From the NCBI GenBank assembly GCA_964229765.1, contig CAXREJ010000044.1, positions 4,900 through 68,899 of the forward strand: a DNA stretch of 64,000 bases. The letters run 5' to 3'. Positions 49,197-58,607 of the stretch are shown one piece after another. A model generated the notes under the pieces. That model ran no database searches and was not told where the DNA came from. It worked only from the letters and a program-made list of their open reading frames with translations. Source of the stretch: Bdellovibrionales bacterium (GTDB taxonomy: Bacteria > Bdellovibrionota > Bdellovibrionia > Bdellovibrionales > JAGQZY01). Within the stretch, counting starts at the first letter, position 1. The number at the start of each line of letters is the position of its first letter. The position numbers and the translations under genes were made by a program.

Positions 49197-50543
49197 CTAA
49201 TTTTTAATCCCTTTGAGTTGAAATTTTCCCTGACTATTCTTTGTAATTGCCTCTGCGTTCATCAACCACAATAGTCTCCACTTTGGCTGAGCTGGGCTCT
49301 TCCAGTTTAAATTCAACGCATCTACAAGATATTCCCAAATTTCTTTTTCAGATAGAGGTTTTTCTTCAAGAACTTCGAGTATCTCAGAAACACCTACTAA
49401 ACTTCGTTCGAGTACAGTTTTTAGGGCAGCTGGAGTTGGATCCGAAAGATAAGCCTTGCCTTCATCTGTCAAGACAACATGATCACCAGCTCTAGCAAGC
49501 AAATGAAGCATCCTTGGTACGTTTACATATCCACCCGCAGTCTTTTCACTGTTTACGGTGTCAAATTCAGTTAAAAACCATTGAGTTGCATCGGACTTAG
49601 TTGGCCTTTTTATGTCTACATATTCCAAAAACTTATTTAGTGTGTCTCTATATGAATTAGTGCCACCGGGGAGAGGCCAGATAGCATTTGATCTAGGATC
49701 ACCATTCATTTTTTGACTGATTTCTGGAAGAGTCTCTGTGAACTCTTCATCAATAGATAGAATATCAACATTGGCTTTCTTTACACCTACCTGATGTCTT
49801 ATTAAAAGATCGAGCAACTTCTCACCATCAACAAGTGTGATAGGCATCTTGTTAGGTTGCTCAGCCTCTTCAATCGCATCTTTGGTAAACCCAGCCGTTG
49901 TAATAACAAGACCTCGCAGAGTGAGTTCTGCAGATCCTCTCAACTCACGGATTACCTTTGAACTGACATTATTTTTATATCGTTTGGCTTGAATGACTGT
50001 ACGAACATTGGTGATCCCTCCGACGGTCAGAGCAGCTGTTACGTCGATACCGCCATCACTGGTTCCCCCAACGACATCAACATCTTCAAATCCTATCTTG
50101 TCTAGTAAGGCAGCGATTAGACTTTCAAAGTGCCCGGGGTCCATTTCGTGAAGTTGCTGCTTTAGTTGTTCTCGAACTTGTTGATTGTGTCTTGCGACAT
50201 GTTGCTCTCCAGAAAACGTATCTTTGCCATCAACCAATGCGAATGTTCCAGCTGATACCTTCATGAACTCAGACTTTGGGTTATCTCTGATATCCATGTA
50301 GAGTTGGGCGGCCATAGTTGCTTCTGGAGTTTTGCCTTCAGTTTTAATCAGTCCTTCTGCTAATGCTAGTTCAACTATTTCCCTGGCGGGGAGTGGCTTA
50401 TTAGAATTTTCCAGTATTTTTTTTGCAGCTTTTTTAAAGCTGAGCACTTTTCCCACTGTCCCTCCCTGGTAGATAGGATTCAGATTAAGCAAAATGTAGC
50501 GAACAGCCAATTCACTACGGTCCTTCACTACAAGTTTGCTCAA
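49197..50543 (-). CDS. Mrr-family PD-(D/E)xK restriction endonuclease with N-terminal HARE-HTH and C-terminal winged-helix-like region
   Basis: HARE-HTH-like segment SFKKAAKKILENSNKPLPAREIVELALAEGLIKTEGKTPEATMAAQLYMDI...FMKVSAGTFAL. Mrr catalytic core FESLIAALLDKIGFEDVDVVGGTSDGGIDV...VIQAKRY. It stops 5 nt before the MmeI-like gene start. The start is ambiguous: TTG at 50543, or GTG at 50456 preceded by GGGAGG. Confidence 0.8.
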   Translation of the reverse strand: MSKLVVKDRSELAVRYILLNLNPIYQGGTVGKVLSFKKAAKKILENSNKPLPAREIVELALAEGLIKTEGKTPEATMAAQLYMDIRDNPKSEFMKVSAGTFALVDGKDTFSGEQHVARHNQQVREQLKQQLHEMDPGHFESLIAALLDKIGFEDVDVVGGTSDGGIDVTAALTVGGITNVRTVIQAKRYKNNVSSKVIRELRGSAELTLRGLVITTAGFTKDAIEEAEQPNKMPITLVDGEKLLDLLIRHQVGVKKANVDILSIDEEFTETLPEISQKMNGDPRSNAIWPLPGGTNSYRDTLNKFLEYVDIKRPTKSDATQWFLTEFDTVNSEKTAGGYVNVPRMLHLLARAGDHVVLTDEGKAYLSDPTPAALKTVLERSLVGVSEILEVLEEKPLSEKEIWEYLVDALNLNWKSPAQPKWRLLWLMNAEAITKNSQGKFQLKGIKN

Positions 50544-50625
50544 ATACCGTTATTTAGGGTTAGGTTATGGTAAATCAGAATTGTGAACTTAGGAAGCTTC
50601 TTCTGGGTTAAGTTAATGAAATGAT

Positions 50626-50663
50626 TCTAAAAAACAAAAACCTAGCCAGAATTAGCTAGGTTT
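50626..50663 (-). terminator. rho-independent terminator of ssrA
   Basis: The minus-strand RNA reads AAACCUAGC-UAAUUCUG-GCUAGGUUU followed by UUGUUUUUU, immediately after the tmRNA CCA end. Confidence 0.75.
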
Positions 50664-50672
50664 CTTTAAATT

Positions 50673-51035
50673 TGGTGGAGGCGCCGGGAGTTGAACCCGG
50701 GTCCGCAAATTTTCCACGTTAAGGCCAAGCTACATGCTTAGTCGCTGTTTGTTGAACCTTGCAATTTCCAACGACAAACTCTGCAAGGCTTGCTCCGAAA
50801 GATTTAAATCATCAAGCTCGAAACGACACTTAACAATCGAGATGGCTTAGGTGATACCAAATCTCGTCGACCCATCAACGACAAGGTTGGCAAGCAATAA
50901 AACTACTTATTAGGCAGCCATTGCTGGAGCGAAAGATTCGCCAATTAAAAATAGTGCACGTTTTTTACGAGGTCCCCATGCAACCTCGGCATGCTCCTTA
51001 AGCTTCTAAATCCACGTCGAAGCCATTACGCCCCC
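50673..51035 (-). ncRNA. ssrA: tmRNA (SsrA)
   Basis: The 5' end is GGGGGCGUAAUGGCUUCGACGUGGAUUU. The 3' end is GGACCCGGGUUCAACUCCCGGCGCCUCCACCA, a tRNA-like T-arm plus acceptor. The acceptor pairs GGGGGCG/CGCCUCC with a G3:U pair. The internal tag frame GGC GAA UCU UUC GCU CCA GCA AUG GCU GCC UAA UAA lies at 50942-50907. Confidence 0.95.
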
Positions 51036-51501
51036 ATTCAAACCTCATTCAAGAGGGCTCAATGCAAGCGCAATGGCCGAAATGGCAGTTTAACATAGAA
51101 TTTCAAAATGGAATAGATGATTCTAAGTGCTTAGAAAAAGGACTTTTTTGCCAAACAGCCGGTTTGTCAACAAAGTAGGTGAGTGGGGGGAGTCATAAGA
51201 ACATACAAACTGGAAGTTTAAGATACAACTAATTGAGATGATCGCAAAATCCATCTTAAAAGGTTGATCTTATATTGATACGAGTTCAGTGAGTGATTTT
51301 TTTAAAGCTCAATAAAAATAAAGTTTAAATCCAAAAAAAGATTTCAAATCGAAACAGAAGAAAAAATAAAAACAGAGCTTGCATGGAAATCAGTGGGCTT
51401 AGAATAAAAAGATTAGAACTCACCGAGAGGTGTATCATAATATTTCGTTGTTACTAAAATCAAATTAGTCAGATTTTTTCTTTGGGTTTATAATTTCTTT
51501 T

Positions 51502-52224
51502 ATGGGAAAAATTGTAATTTATATTGTTGCCCTTTGGGCTCTTGTTCTTAATGTGGTCGCTTGTGCTCATCAAAAGAGTAAAGAAAATAAAGATAGTGCA
51601 AAAGCAAAACAAATCCAACTTGTTATTGGTGATGGCAATGTACGCATTGAAGAAGAGGTGTTGGTCAGTGAAAACAATAAGACAGCTCAATTTTTCGTTA
51701 ATCAAGTGGAGAGTGACAAGTTTGAAGACAGTGAGAAAAAACTCCCAGGTTTCCCTTGGGTGGATGAAAGCTCAGAGTATAGTCTCTCAGATAGTTTGGA
51801 TGAAAAATTTTGTGATATAAAAATCACCAAGGTGGATGAAGACTCAGTAAAGTCTCAGTCAAAGTCCCATTACTTAATCAAAGTAAAAATAAAAGACGGC
51901 ATTGAAAATAGCCCTTTTGAGTCCATGATCAATGGAGAAAGTGAAGGGGAAATTCTTTTAGGTCAATATCCTGTTAACAGCTTTGAAAGTCGCGAACAAG
52001 TCGTTATCAATGAAACTGTGATTTCTTATTGGGTTTATAGTCCTAAAGAAAAAACCTATGAGATTGTTAAAAAAATGGATGACCAAAGGTTTTTAAGAAA
52101 ACAACTCACTTTTGATCCTCATTTAAAAGAAGTGGAAAATATAAAATACGAAATTCTTTCCGATGTTGGTGGCCAAACCTATGATCAAATGTCGGTTATC
52201 GCCCGCTTTCAGTGCGGTACGTAA
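51502..52224 (+). CDS. hypothetical lipoprotein
   Basis: Lipobox LNVVAC. No family recognised. Confidence 0.5.
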   Translation: MGKIVIYIVALWALVLNVVACAHQKSKENKDSAKAKQIQLVIGDGNVRIEEEVLVSENNKTAQFFVNQVESDKFEDSEKKLPGFPWVDESSEYSLSDSLDEKFCDIKITKVDEDSVKSQSKSHYLIKVKIKDGIENSPFESMINGESEGEILLGQYPVNSFESREQVVINETVISYWVYSPKEKTYEIVKKMDDQRFLRKQLTFDPHLKEVENIKYEILSDVGGQTYDQMSVIARFQCGT

Positions 52225-52355
52225 TATAGGCTTTAAAAGAAAGCTTGCAGAATGTCGATTGACGATTTGTGAGTGATCTTTTGAATAAAATCTTTGATCT
52301 TTTAAAAGAAACATTTTCTACTTGGGAGCACTCGTAAAATATATGGAGGCTTCTT

Positions 52356-54212
52356 GTGAGTTGGAAGATGATGACAAGCCATTCTAAGTTTACCCCTTTT
52401 TTCTGGACACAGTTCTGGGGGGCTTTTAACGATAACTTTTTTAAAAATGCACTTATTATGATCGTTGCCTTTAGAGGGATTCAAATTCTCGGTATGGACT
52501 ATAAAAGTGTAGTGGCTTTGTCAGGTGGTCTCTTTATACTTCCTTTTTTTCTATTTTCTCCACTGGCTGGACAGATTTCAGATAAATATGAAAAGTCTAA
52601 AATAGTTCGCATTACAAAAATTTGGGAAATCATTATTATGCTATTAGCAGCGATTGGTTTTCTCACTCAGAGCTATGTGATGCTGTTGGGAATTTTATTT
52701 TTAATGGGCACTCAATCGGCCTTTTTTGGTCCTGCTAAATATTCTATTCTTCCAGAGCTTGTTGATTCAGAGGAGTTGGTAACAGGTAACGCCTACATCG
52801 AGCTTGGAACATTTCTCTCTATTTTGTTGGGAACTATTGCTGGAGGAGCCACTGAGTCACTTCCAGGAAAGGATCCTGTTATTGCTACAGGCTTAATCCT
52901 TTTTGCAATATTAGGTTACTTGAGTGCACGAAAGGTGCCGCAAGTTAAAGTTGGTGATAGTTCATTAAAAATTCAAATCAATCCTTTTCCCGAGTTAGTT
53001 TCTCTGTGGAAAATTATTAGGGTTAAAAAAGTATTATTCAATTCTGTTTTGGCCATTTCATGGTTTTGGTTTTTTGGCGCGGGTGTTCTTTCGGTTCTTC
53101 CTATTTATGTAAAAGATTATTTAATGGGTACAGGAGCCGTAGCCACCCTCTTTTTAGCGACCTTTACCTTGGGTGTGGGCCTTGGGTCTTTGTTATGTGA
53201 GAAACTCTCTTACAAACAAGCAGAGCTCGGTTTAGTGCCTATTGGATCTCTGGGGTTAACCCTGTTTATTGGTGATCTTTACTTTGTCGGTTCTCCTTGG
53301 TTGGGACAACCGCCCGAGTCGGTTGGGCTTATGGAAATGTTTTCTAGCTTTTCTGGCTTAAGAATTCTTTTTGATTTTTTTACCATGTCGCTTTTTGGAG
53401 GTTTATTTATTGTTCCTCTTTATACCTTGTTACAGGAGAGGAGCGATTCGGATAAACGATCTCGTGTGATCGCCAGTCTGAATATCATGAACGCACTGTT
53501 TATGGTTGTGGCGAGTCTTTTGCTGATGGTGTTTTACAGCTGGGGATTGAGTCCGGTAGAGATATTTCTTATTTTCGCCATACTTAATGCAGTTGTGGCC
53601 ATTTATATTTATTCAATTGTACCAGAGTTTACCCTGCGTTTTTGTTCTTGGATATTGTCCCATGTGATTTATTCAATTGAAACTAAAGGACTAGAGCATA
53701 TACCTAAAAAAGGAGGCTTTATCTTAGCTTCCAATCACGTGAGTTATGTGGATTGGCTGTTGCTCGGTGGGGCCTGTAAGAGACCTCTTTGTTTTGTGAT
53801 GTATTACAAGTTTTTTAAATTCCCCATTATTAAGAGTTTAATGAAGCAGGCTAAAGTGATTCCAGTTGCCGCTCGCCATGAAGATGAGCAAATTATGAAT
53901 CGTGCTTTTGAACGTGTCTCCGAAAGTTTAAAGCAAGGTGAAGCGGTAGGAATATTTCCTGAAGGTGAGTTAACCTTGGATGGTACTTTGGGAGAGTTAA
54001 AGCCTGGAGTTTTAAAGATTTTAAAAAAAGATCCAGTTCCTGTCGTTCCCGTGGTGATTAAGGGCATGTGGCCTTCCCTCTTTTCAAAGTCCCAAAGTAA
54101 AAAAGGCTCTGGACGCAGGAAAGTGGTTATCGAGTTCTTTGCACCAATAGAGGCAAAGGATTTCACTCTGCAAGAGTTACAGTCAATTTATAATAAGAGT
54201 GGTCTTATTTAG
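52356..54212 (+). CDS. fused lysophospholipid transporter (LplT-like MFS) and PlsC-type acyltransferase
   Basis: The N-terminal portion of about 430 aa is a multi-TM MFS region. The C-terminal portion has NHVSYVDW (HX4D) and IFPEGE acyltransferase motifs. GTG start with a GGAGG 6 nt upstream. Confidence 0.75.
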   Translation: MSWKMMTSHSKFTPFFWTQFWGAFNDNFFKNALIMIVAFRGIQILGMDYKSVVALSGGLFILPFFLFSPLAGQISDKYEKSKIVRITKIWEIIIMLLAAIGFLTQSYVMLLGILFLMGTQSAFFGPAKYSILPELVDSEELVTGNAYIELGTFLSILLGTIAGGATESLPGKDPVIATGLILFAILGYLSARKVPQVKVGDSSLKIQINPFPELVSLWKIIRVKKVLFNSVLAISWFWFFGAGVLSVLPIYVKDYLMGTGAVATLFLATFTLGVGLGSLLCEKLSYKQAELGLVPIGSLGLTLFIGDLYFVGSPWLGQPPESVGLMEMFSSFSGLRILFDFFTMSLFGGLFIVPLYTLLQERSDSDKRSRVIASLNIMNALFMVVASLLLMVFYSWGLSPVEIFLIFAILNAVVAIYIYSIVPEFTLRFCSWILSHVIYSIETKGLEHIPKKGGFILASNHVSYVDWLLLGGACKRPLCFVMYYKFFKFPIIKSLMKQAKVIPVAARHEDEQIMNRAFERVSESLKQGEAVGIFPEGELTLDGTLGELKPGVLKILKKDPVPVVPVVIKGMWPSLFSKSQSKKGSGRRKVVIEFFAPIEAKDFTLQELQSIYNKSGLI

Positions 54213-54231
54213 AAAATTGACTGTTTATATT

Positions 54232-54687
54232 TTATTTAGGTTTTTGAGGGTTGGTGGCTGGCTTATCCTCATCTCCAGGAATAGGCCAAGGCACTTCGCC
54301 ACCGGTATTAGAATCATCGGAGACAAGTGGTTCATCAGTTGGAACACTTTGGAAAAGAGCGATGATATCGTTTTCTAGTTCAGTGAGCTGATGGCCCATT
54401 AGTTTTACCAGGCGAGAAATAACTCTTTGGTCTTTTGAAGTGATCTGTGGATTTTGTCGTTCACCCACTTGGATACGCATTCTCTCTTCTCCACTTTGGT
54501 TTCCTAAATGGAAAAACAAAGTAAAGCCATCTACAAATTCAATCTTGGCATCTTTCGTTGAGTGCGAAATGCGAACGTCATCACAAGCAATTTCAGATTG
54601 TGTTTGAGTATCTTGAACTTCACAAGGTTGGCTGTCTGCCCAAGCGCTGGACTGGAAAGCGAAAAGTAAGGCTAAAATTTTAAGCAT
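54232..54687 (-). CDS. secreted hypothetical protein
   Basis: Signal peptide MLKILALLFAFQSSAWA. Confidence 0.45.
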   Translation of the reverse strand: MLKILALLFAFQSSAWADSQPCEVQDTQTQSEIACDDVRISHSTKDAKIEFVDGFTLFFHLGNQSGEERMRIQVGERQNPQITSKDQRVISRLVKLMGHQLTELENDIIALFQSVPTDEPLVSDDSNTGGEVPWPIPGDEDKPATNPQKPK

Positions 54688-55045
54688 AGAGGCCCCCTGT
54701 TATGCAGCCACATGTTTACCAAATTACGAGAATATTTCTAGGAAAATCTGTCATGAGTTGACTGAATTGTATGCAGGGTCAATTGGTGAACGTTAGTGGT
54801 TAAGAAAGAGCTAAGTTATTATAGTAATTTATATGATGTTGTTGATTTTGGGAGTTCATTGTAAAAGAGACAGAATCTTACATTTTGGTTTTGAGTAGGG
54901 GCTTGAAAGCTTCCCACTTGGGGTTTGTGATTTTTTGTGAGTAAATAAAGACACAATGAAATACGATGCTTTTAAACTGATAAGCCTTAAGCTCTTAATT
55001 TGAGGTTTATTCGTTTTTGGTATGATTTGTTGATGGGGGAGATGG

Positions 55046-55906
55046 ATGATTGTGAAGGCTTTTTTTACTTTGGTTTTACTTTCAGGGCTGATGTTTTTTT
55101 CAAGTTGTGGTTCGGTTGAAGACAATAAAAAACTTGATGTGCCAGGTGCGGGCTTAAAAAAGATCAAAAGACAAGAAGCTCAACAATTCCAAGATGCCAA
55201 TGGTTTTATTGGTGATGTGCTTAATTATCAGCAGACTTTATTTGCGGAGGAAGAGACTCTGTCATCACGCTCTATACTGGTGGGGCGTCCAAATATTTCT
55301 AGAGCCTCACAAAGAACTAAACTTAAAAATTCCATTAATCTGGCAAACTGTGAAGTGATTCAAAATTCGCCATCTAAAAAATCACAAACCCTCACTGTCG
55401 AAGGAGAGGATTGTCATGTTCTTTCCTTCTGGATGGAGAGAGTCACTGAAATAAGTTCTGATGATGAACATAAGCAATTATTAGAAAGTCGAGGCACTTT
55501 TAGACCACAAGTTAAAGAAGTCGATACGGAGATCCTTTCTTTAGAACAGGAAACACAAATCGAGAAAAATCAGAAAAAAGTTTTCGGGGACCTTGTCTTA
55601 TTTCAGCAAATCCAAACTTCCTTAAGTGGAGAGTTGAAAAATTTTGGTCCCTTTAAATACACTTTGGAGAGTCGCTACCAAAGCACTCACTTTGATATGA
55701 ATGATCCTTCTGGCGAAGTGGTGGAGTACTATCGAAGAAAAGACGAAGTTAATTTTACCAAAGGTTTTCAAGCTGTTCTCTATCATAAGATCAAAAAAAC
55801 AAATACGGTGATTGAAGAAGAGACTTTTTTCTTAAATGGAGATCCTATTGGTAAAGACTATTATTACCGCATGTTGCAGGATCTTGATGGGCAGTTGAAA
55901 CTATAA
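55046..55906 (+). CDS. hypothetical lipoprotein
   Basis: Lipobox FFSSCGS. Confidence 0.5.
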   Translation: MIVKAFFTLVLLSGLMFFSSCGSVEDNKKLDVPGAGLKKIKRQEAQQFQDANGFIGDVLNYQQTLFAEEETLSSRSILVGRPNISRASQRTKLKNSINLANCEVIQNSPSKKSQTLTVEGEDCHVLSFWMERVTEISSDDEHKQLLESRGTFRPQVKEVDTEILSLEQETQIEKNQKKVFGDLVLFQQIQTSLSGELKNFGPFKYTLESRYQSTHFDMNDPSGEVVEYYRRKDEVNFTKGFQAVLYHKIKKTNTVIEEETFFLNGDPIGKDYYYRMLQDLDGQLKL

Positions 55907-55949
55907 AAAGAAGGCAGTGTTAAAAACTTCTACTAATAGGGATCATTTA

Positions 55950-56552
55950 TTATTGTCGAGTGTAGTTTTCATCCAATGTTCCAGGGCCTCGCTCACTAGC
56001 AGTGAGATCGTCGTTGTTGGTGGTGTGTAGACGAATATGTCCTCCAGGGAAAAGCTCCATTCCATAGGTGTACATGGGAAGTTTTTGATTCATCTCTTCT
56101 TGAAAGTTAAGACAAGAAGGATCTTCCGTTGTTCCCGCTCTAAGGTCATTGCTTAAGCTGACCTGTAAAACACTAAAAGTCATATTGTGTGTTTGAGGAA
56201 TGAAATAAATCTTTCCTTCCTCGTCAGAACGTTGTCTGAATTGATCGTTTAGTTCCACCACATTACGGATTTGTCCTCGTAAAATATAGTTACAGATTGT
56301 TCCTTCAGGAATAGCTGGATTATTCACTCGTCCAACATTGCGAATTTTCTGCACTTCGATCTCACCATCACGTGAAATAGTTAAAATCTCTCCGCCATCA
56401 CTACGGCTGGTGGCTTCTCGATATTGTCCGTTGTACTCACTGATAAATTGTTGAGTGACATCTTTACCATAAGAGTCGTTATCCTTACTTTGGTCACAGG
56501 CAGTGATAGTTAATAAACTTATGATGATAAAAAAAGTGCGAAGGCTTTTCAT
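55950..56552 (-). CDS. hypothetical lipoprotein
   Basis: Lipobox LTITACDQ. Confidence 0.5.
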   Translation of the reverse strand: MKSLRTFFIIISLLTITACDQSKDNDSYGKDVTQQFISEYNGQYREATSRSDGGEILTISRDGEIEVQKIRNVGRVNNPAIPEGTICNYILRGQIRNVVELNDQFRQRSDEEGKIYFIPQTHNMTFSVLQVSLSNDLRAGTTEDPSCLNFQEEMNQKLPMYTYGMELFPGGHIRLHTTNNDDLTASERGPGTLDENYTRQ

Positions 56553-56752
56553 TTTTTTGGTCCTTTATTCTTATATGTACTTGATAAGTGCAAAGTGCTT
56601 ACCGTGAAAAAAGGGGAAGAGGCTTGAGTGGGAATCTATAATACATTAATATTACTAGCTTTTTATGAGTGTATAAAAATGAGACGCTTGTAAAAGAAAA
56701 GAAAGTGTCAAAGCTTGTTAGCGAAGCGTAAATCTTTTTATCAACCAAGTGT

Positions 56753-58309
56753 TTAGAAGAGATTGCGACACATGGGTGCACCACTTGTCGCGGGTGTTGA
56801 TAGACCTTGTCTTTGACTCCAGCGAGGAAGGTGTTGAGAAAGGGTAATAAGCTCACTGAGATTAAAATGTGTGTTGGCCTTTATAGCTTTTAATTTTCTA
56901 CGAATTCGTCTTTCTGTGTAGGCCATAAAAGTAATGGGAACAACGACAAGAGAAGCAAGAGAGTATTGAGTAAAATTGGGATGAGATAGAAAAAAGTTAG
57001 AAATGCTGTCAAAGAATTGATTGTAACCAATCAATTCAATATTGGCTTCAACTCCGTAAATGAGACTTAGAATTCCCATACCGATTCCTAGAGATGTCGT
57101 CATTAGTCCGTAGGCATTTCTAGGGAGGGACATATCGTTAATATATTCAACTTCTTGTGTTTTTCTGGAAAGCAGTCTTCTATAGCGGTTTCCGAAACCC
57201 TGGTGGCCTTCCGTTTCCATCCATTGATTAAATTCTCTCATCAGGTTTTCTTCAAAGTTCAATTGTTCTTCTTTAATTTGAATGGGAAGTTCATTCAAAT
57301 GCCCTTGTTCTCGGAATAGTCGTCGTAAAGTTTGTTTGTCCGTCTCACTTAAGCGATCATCATATTTTTTTACGATTCTAAAAAACTCTCTGGTTTTGAA
57401 GAAGCGACTCAATTGAGCCCAGTGATCGGGATTTTCACTTAAATATTCCATATCGTTAACAAAGCGGTCGGGGTAACTAGCAAGTGCTTGCAGAGCAGCA
57501 TTTTCAGCATAGGGAGAGGAGAAGTATTTCATTCTATCAATCATGGGAAGAAGATCGGGTGCTCTCTTTAAGCCTTTTACTAAATCTATGAACGATTCTA
57601 AATGTCTTTCGGCAACAAGGCGTTGTCTTAGTGATTGTTTATAAGCACGCCAAGATCGAAAAAAGACACGAACTTCATTAGCGGTCGAAAGTACGAACAT
57701 ACCAAGCATACCTACATAATATGGAACAAATGCCATTCCATCTCCATAAAGAGAGGACTCGATTAAATCAGGATAATTGGAATAGGCTAAAGATATAATT
57801 GCCAGGTTGAGAATGGAAGTTTGTAGTAGTCTTGCACCGAGTGCTGGGAGTCTTACTGGAGTTGCAAGGATATCGGTATAAACAATGGCCATATTGTTGC
57901 GAACTCTTTCGAGTTTGACAGGATCGTCATGAATTTTTTTTCTGAGAGCTGACAGAAACTTTATAAATTGTTCGTCACTTTCATTTATGACTCCTAGAAG
58001 TTGTACGATATTCTCAGCATCGTCTCCACTGAGAAGAGCTGCAATTAAATTTTCGTGGATAGAAGAGGAGGATTCTAGCAGGAGAGCTTGTAGTTTCGAG
58101 TCATTGCCGACGGAAAGGTCTTCTGAGAGTGAAACTAGAAGTTCCTTCTTATTTTGAGGAAGATCTTCACCACTTTGTAAAACCCTTTGGAGAAAAGCTA
58201 CATTGGGATCTGTACTTTGTGCTTTTGATGGAGAACTAATGAGGGTCAGGCTTAAAAATAATCCTGAAATTAAAAGACTGAATACATTAAGTGGTTTTGT
58301 AGGCTTCAT
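56753..58309 (-). CDS. hypothetical secreted/membrane protein (518 aa)
   Basis: N-terminal signal-like segment, with several internal hydrophobic helices. No family recognised. Confidence 0.5.
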   Translation of the reverse strand: MKPTKPLNVFSLLISGLFLSLTLISSPSKAQSTDPNVAFLQRVLQSGEDLPQNKKELLVSLSEDLSVGNDSKLQALLLESSSSIHENLIAALLSGDDAENIVQLLGVINESDEQFIKFLSALRKKIHDDPVKLERVRNNMAIVYTDILATPVRLPALGARLLQTSILNLAIISLAYSNYPDLIESSLYGDGMAFVPYYVGMLGMFVLSTANEVRVFFRSWRAYKQSLRQRLVAERHLESFIDLVKGLKRAPDLLPMIDRMKYFSSPYAENAALQALASYPDRFVNDMEYLSENPDHWAQLSRFFKTREFFRIVKKYDDRLSETDKQTLRRLFREQGHLNELPIQIKEEQLNFEENLMREFNQWMETEGHQGFGNRYRRLLSRKTQEVEYINDMSLPRNAYGLMTTSLGIGMGILSLIYGVEANIELIGYNQFFDSISNFFLSHPNFTQYSLASLVVVPITFMAYTERRIRRKLKAIKANTHFNLSELITLSQHLPRWSQRQGLSTPATSGAPMCRNLF

Positions 58310-58467
58310 TGTGGATGTTAACGTTGCAGTGATTGTGCCAACTAATAAAGGGTTTAATTAGGTCGTCAAAGCCAATCAAAGCTCATAAAATTTATTGAAC
58401 TAAAAATTGTCACTCCATTGAATAATGAGTGGGCAATTGATTATGTAAAAAAGCTGATATGATTTTG

Positions 58468-58576
58468 AGCCCCATGAAACACAGAGTTGTGCTTATAGGG
58501 CACAAAGCCGGTGGCGGGGCCCCATGCCTAAACGGCATAGCGCCCATTGGTGGCCTGAGGCGAGAGGACCTCGTAG
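58468..58576. repeat. GC-rich hairpin element, copy A
   Basis: The core CACAGAGTTGTGCTTATAGGGCACAAAGCCGGTGGCGGGGCCC (58480-58522) matches 60512-60554 with one mismatch. It also contains a CATGCCTAAACGGCAT hairpin and GGCCTGAGGCGAGAG, both shared with the 12-kb cluster. Confidence 0.85.
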
Positions 58577-58607
58577 TAAATTAAAAATCTTGGTTCTCAA
58601 TTATTTA

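Noticed and set aside
50544-50672. attL/attR-type duplication of the tmRNA 3' end marking island integration
   Set aside because: The ssrA 3' end is followed by its own intact terminator. I found no second copy of the T-arm/acceptor sequence in the window.
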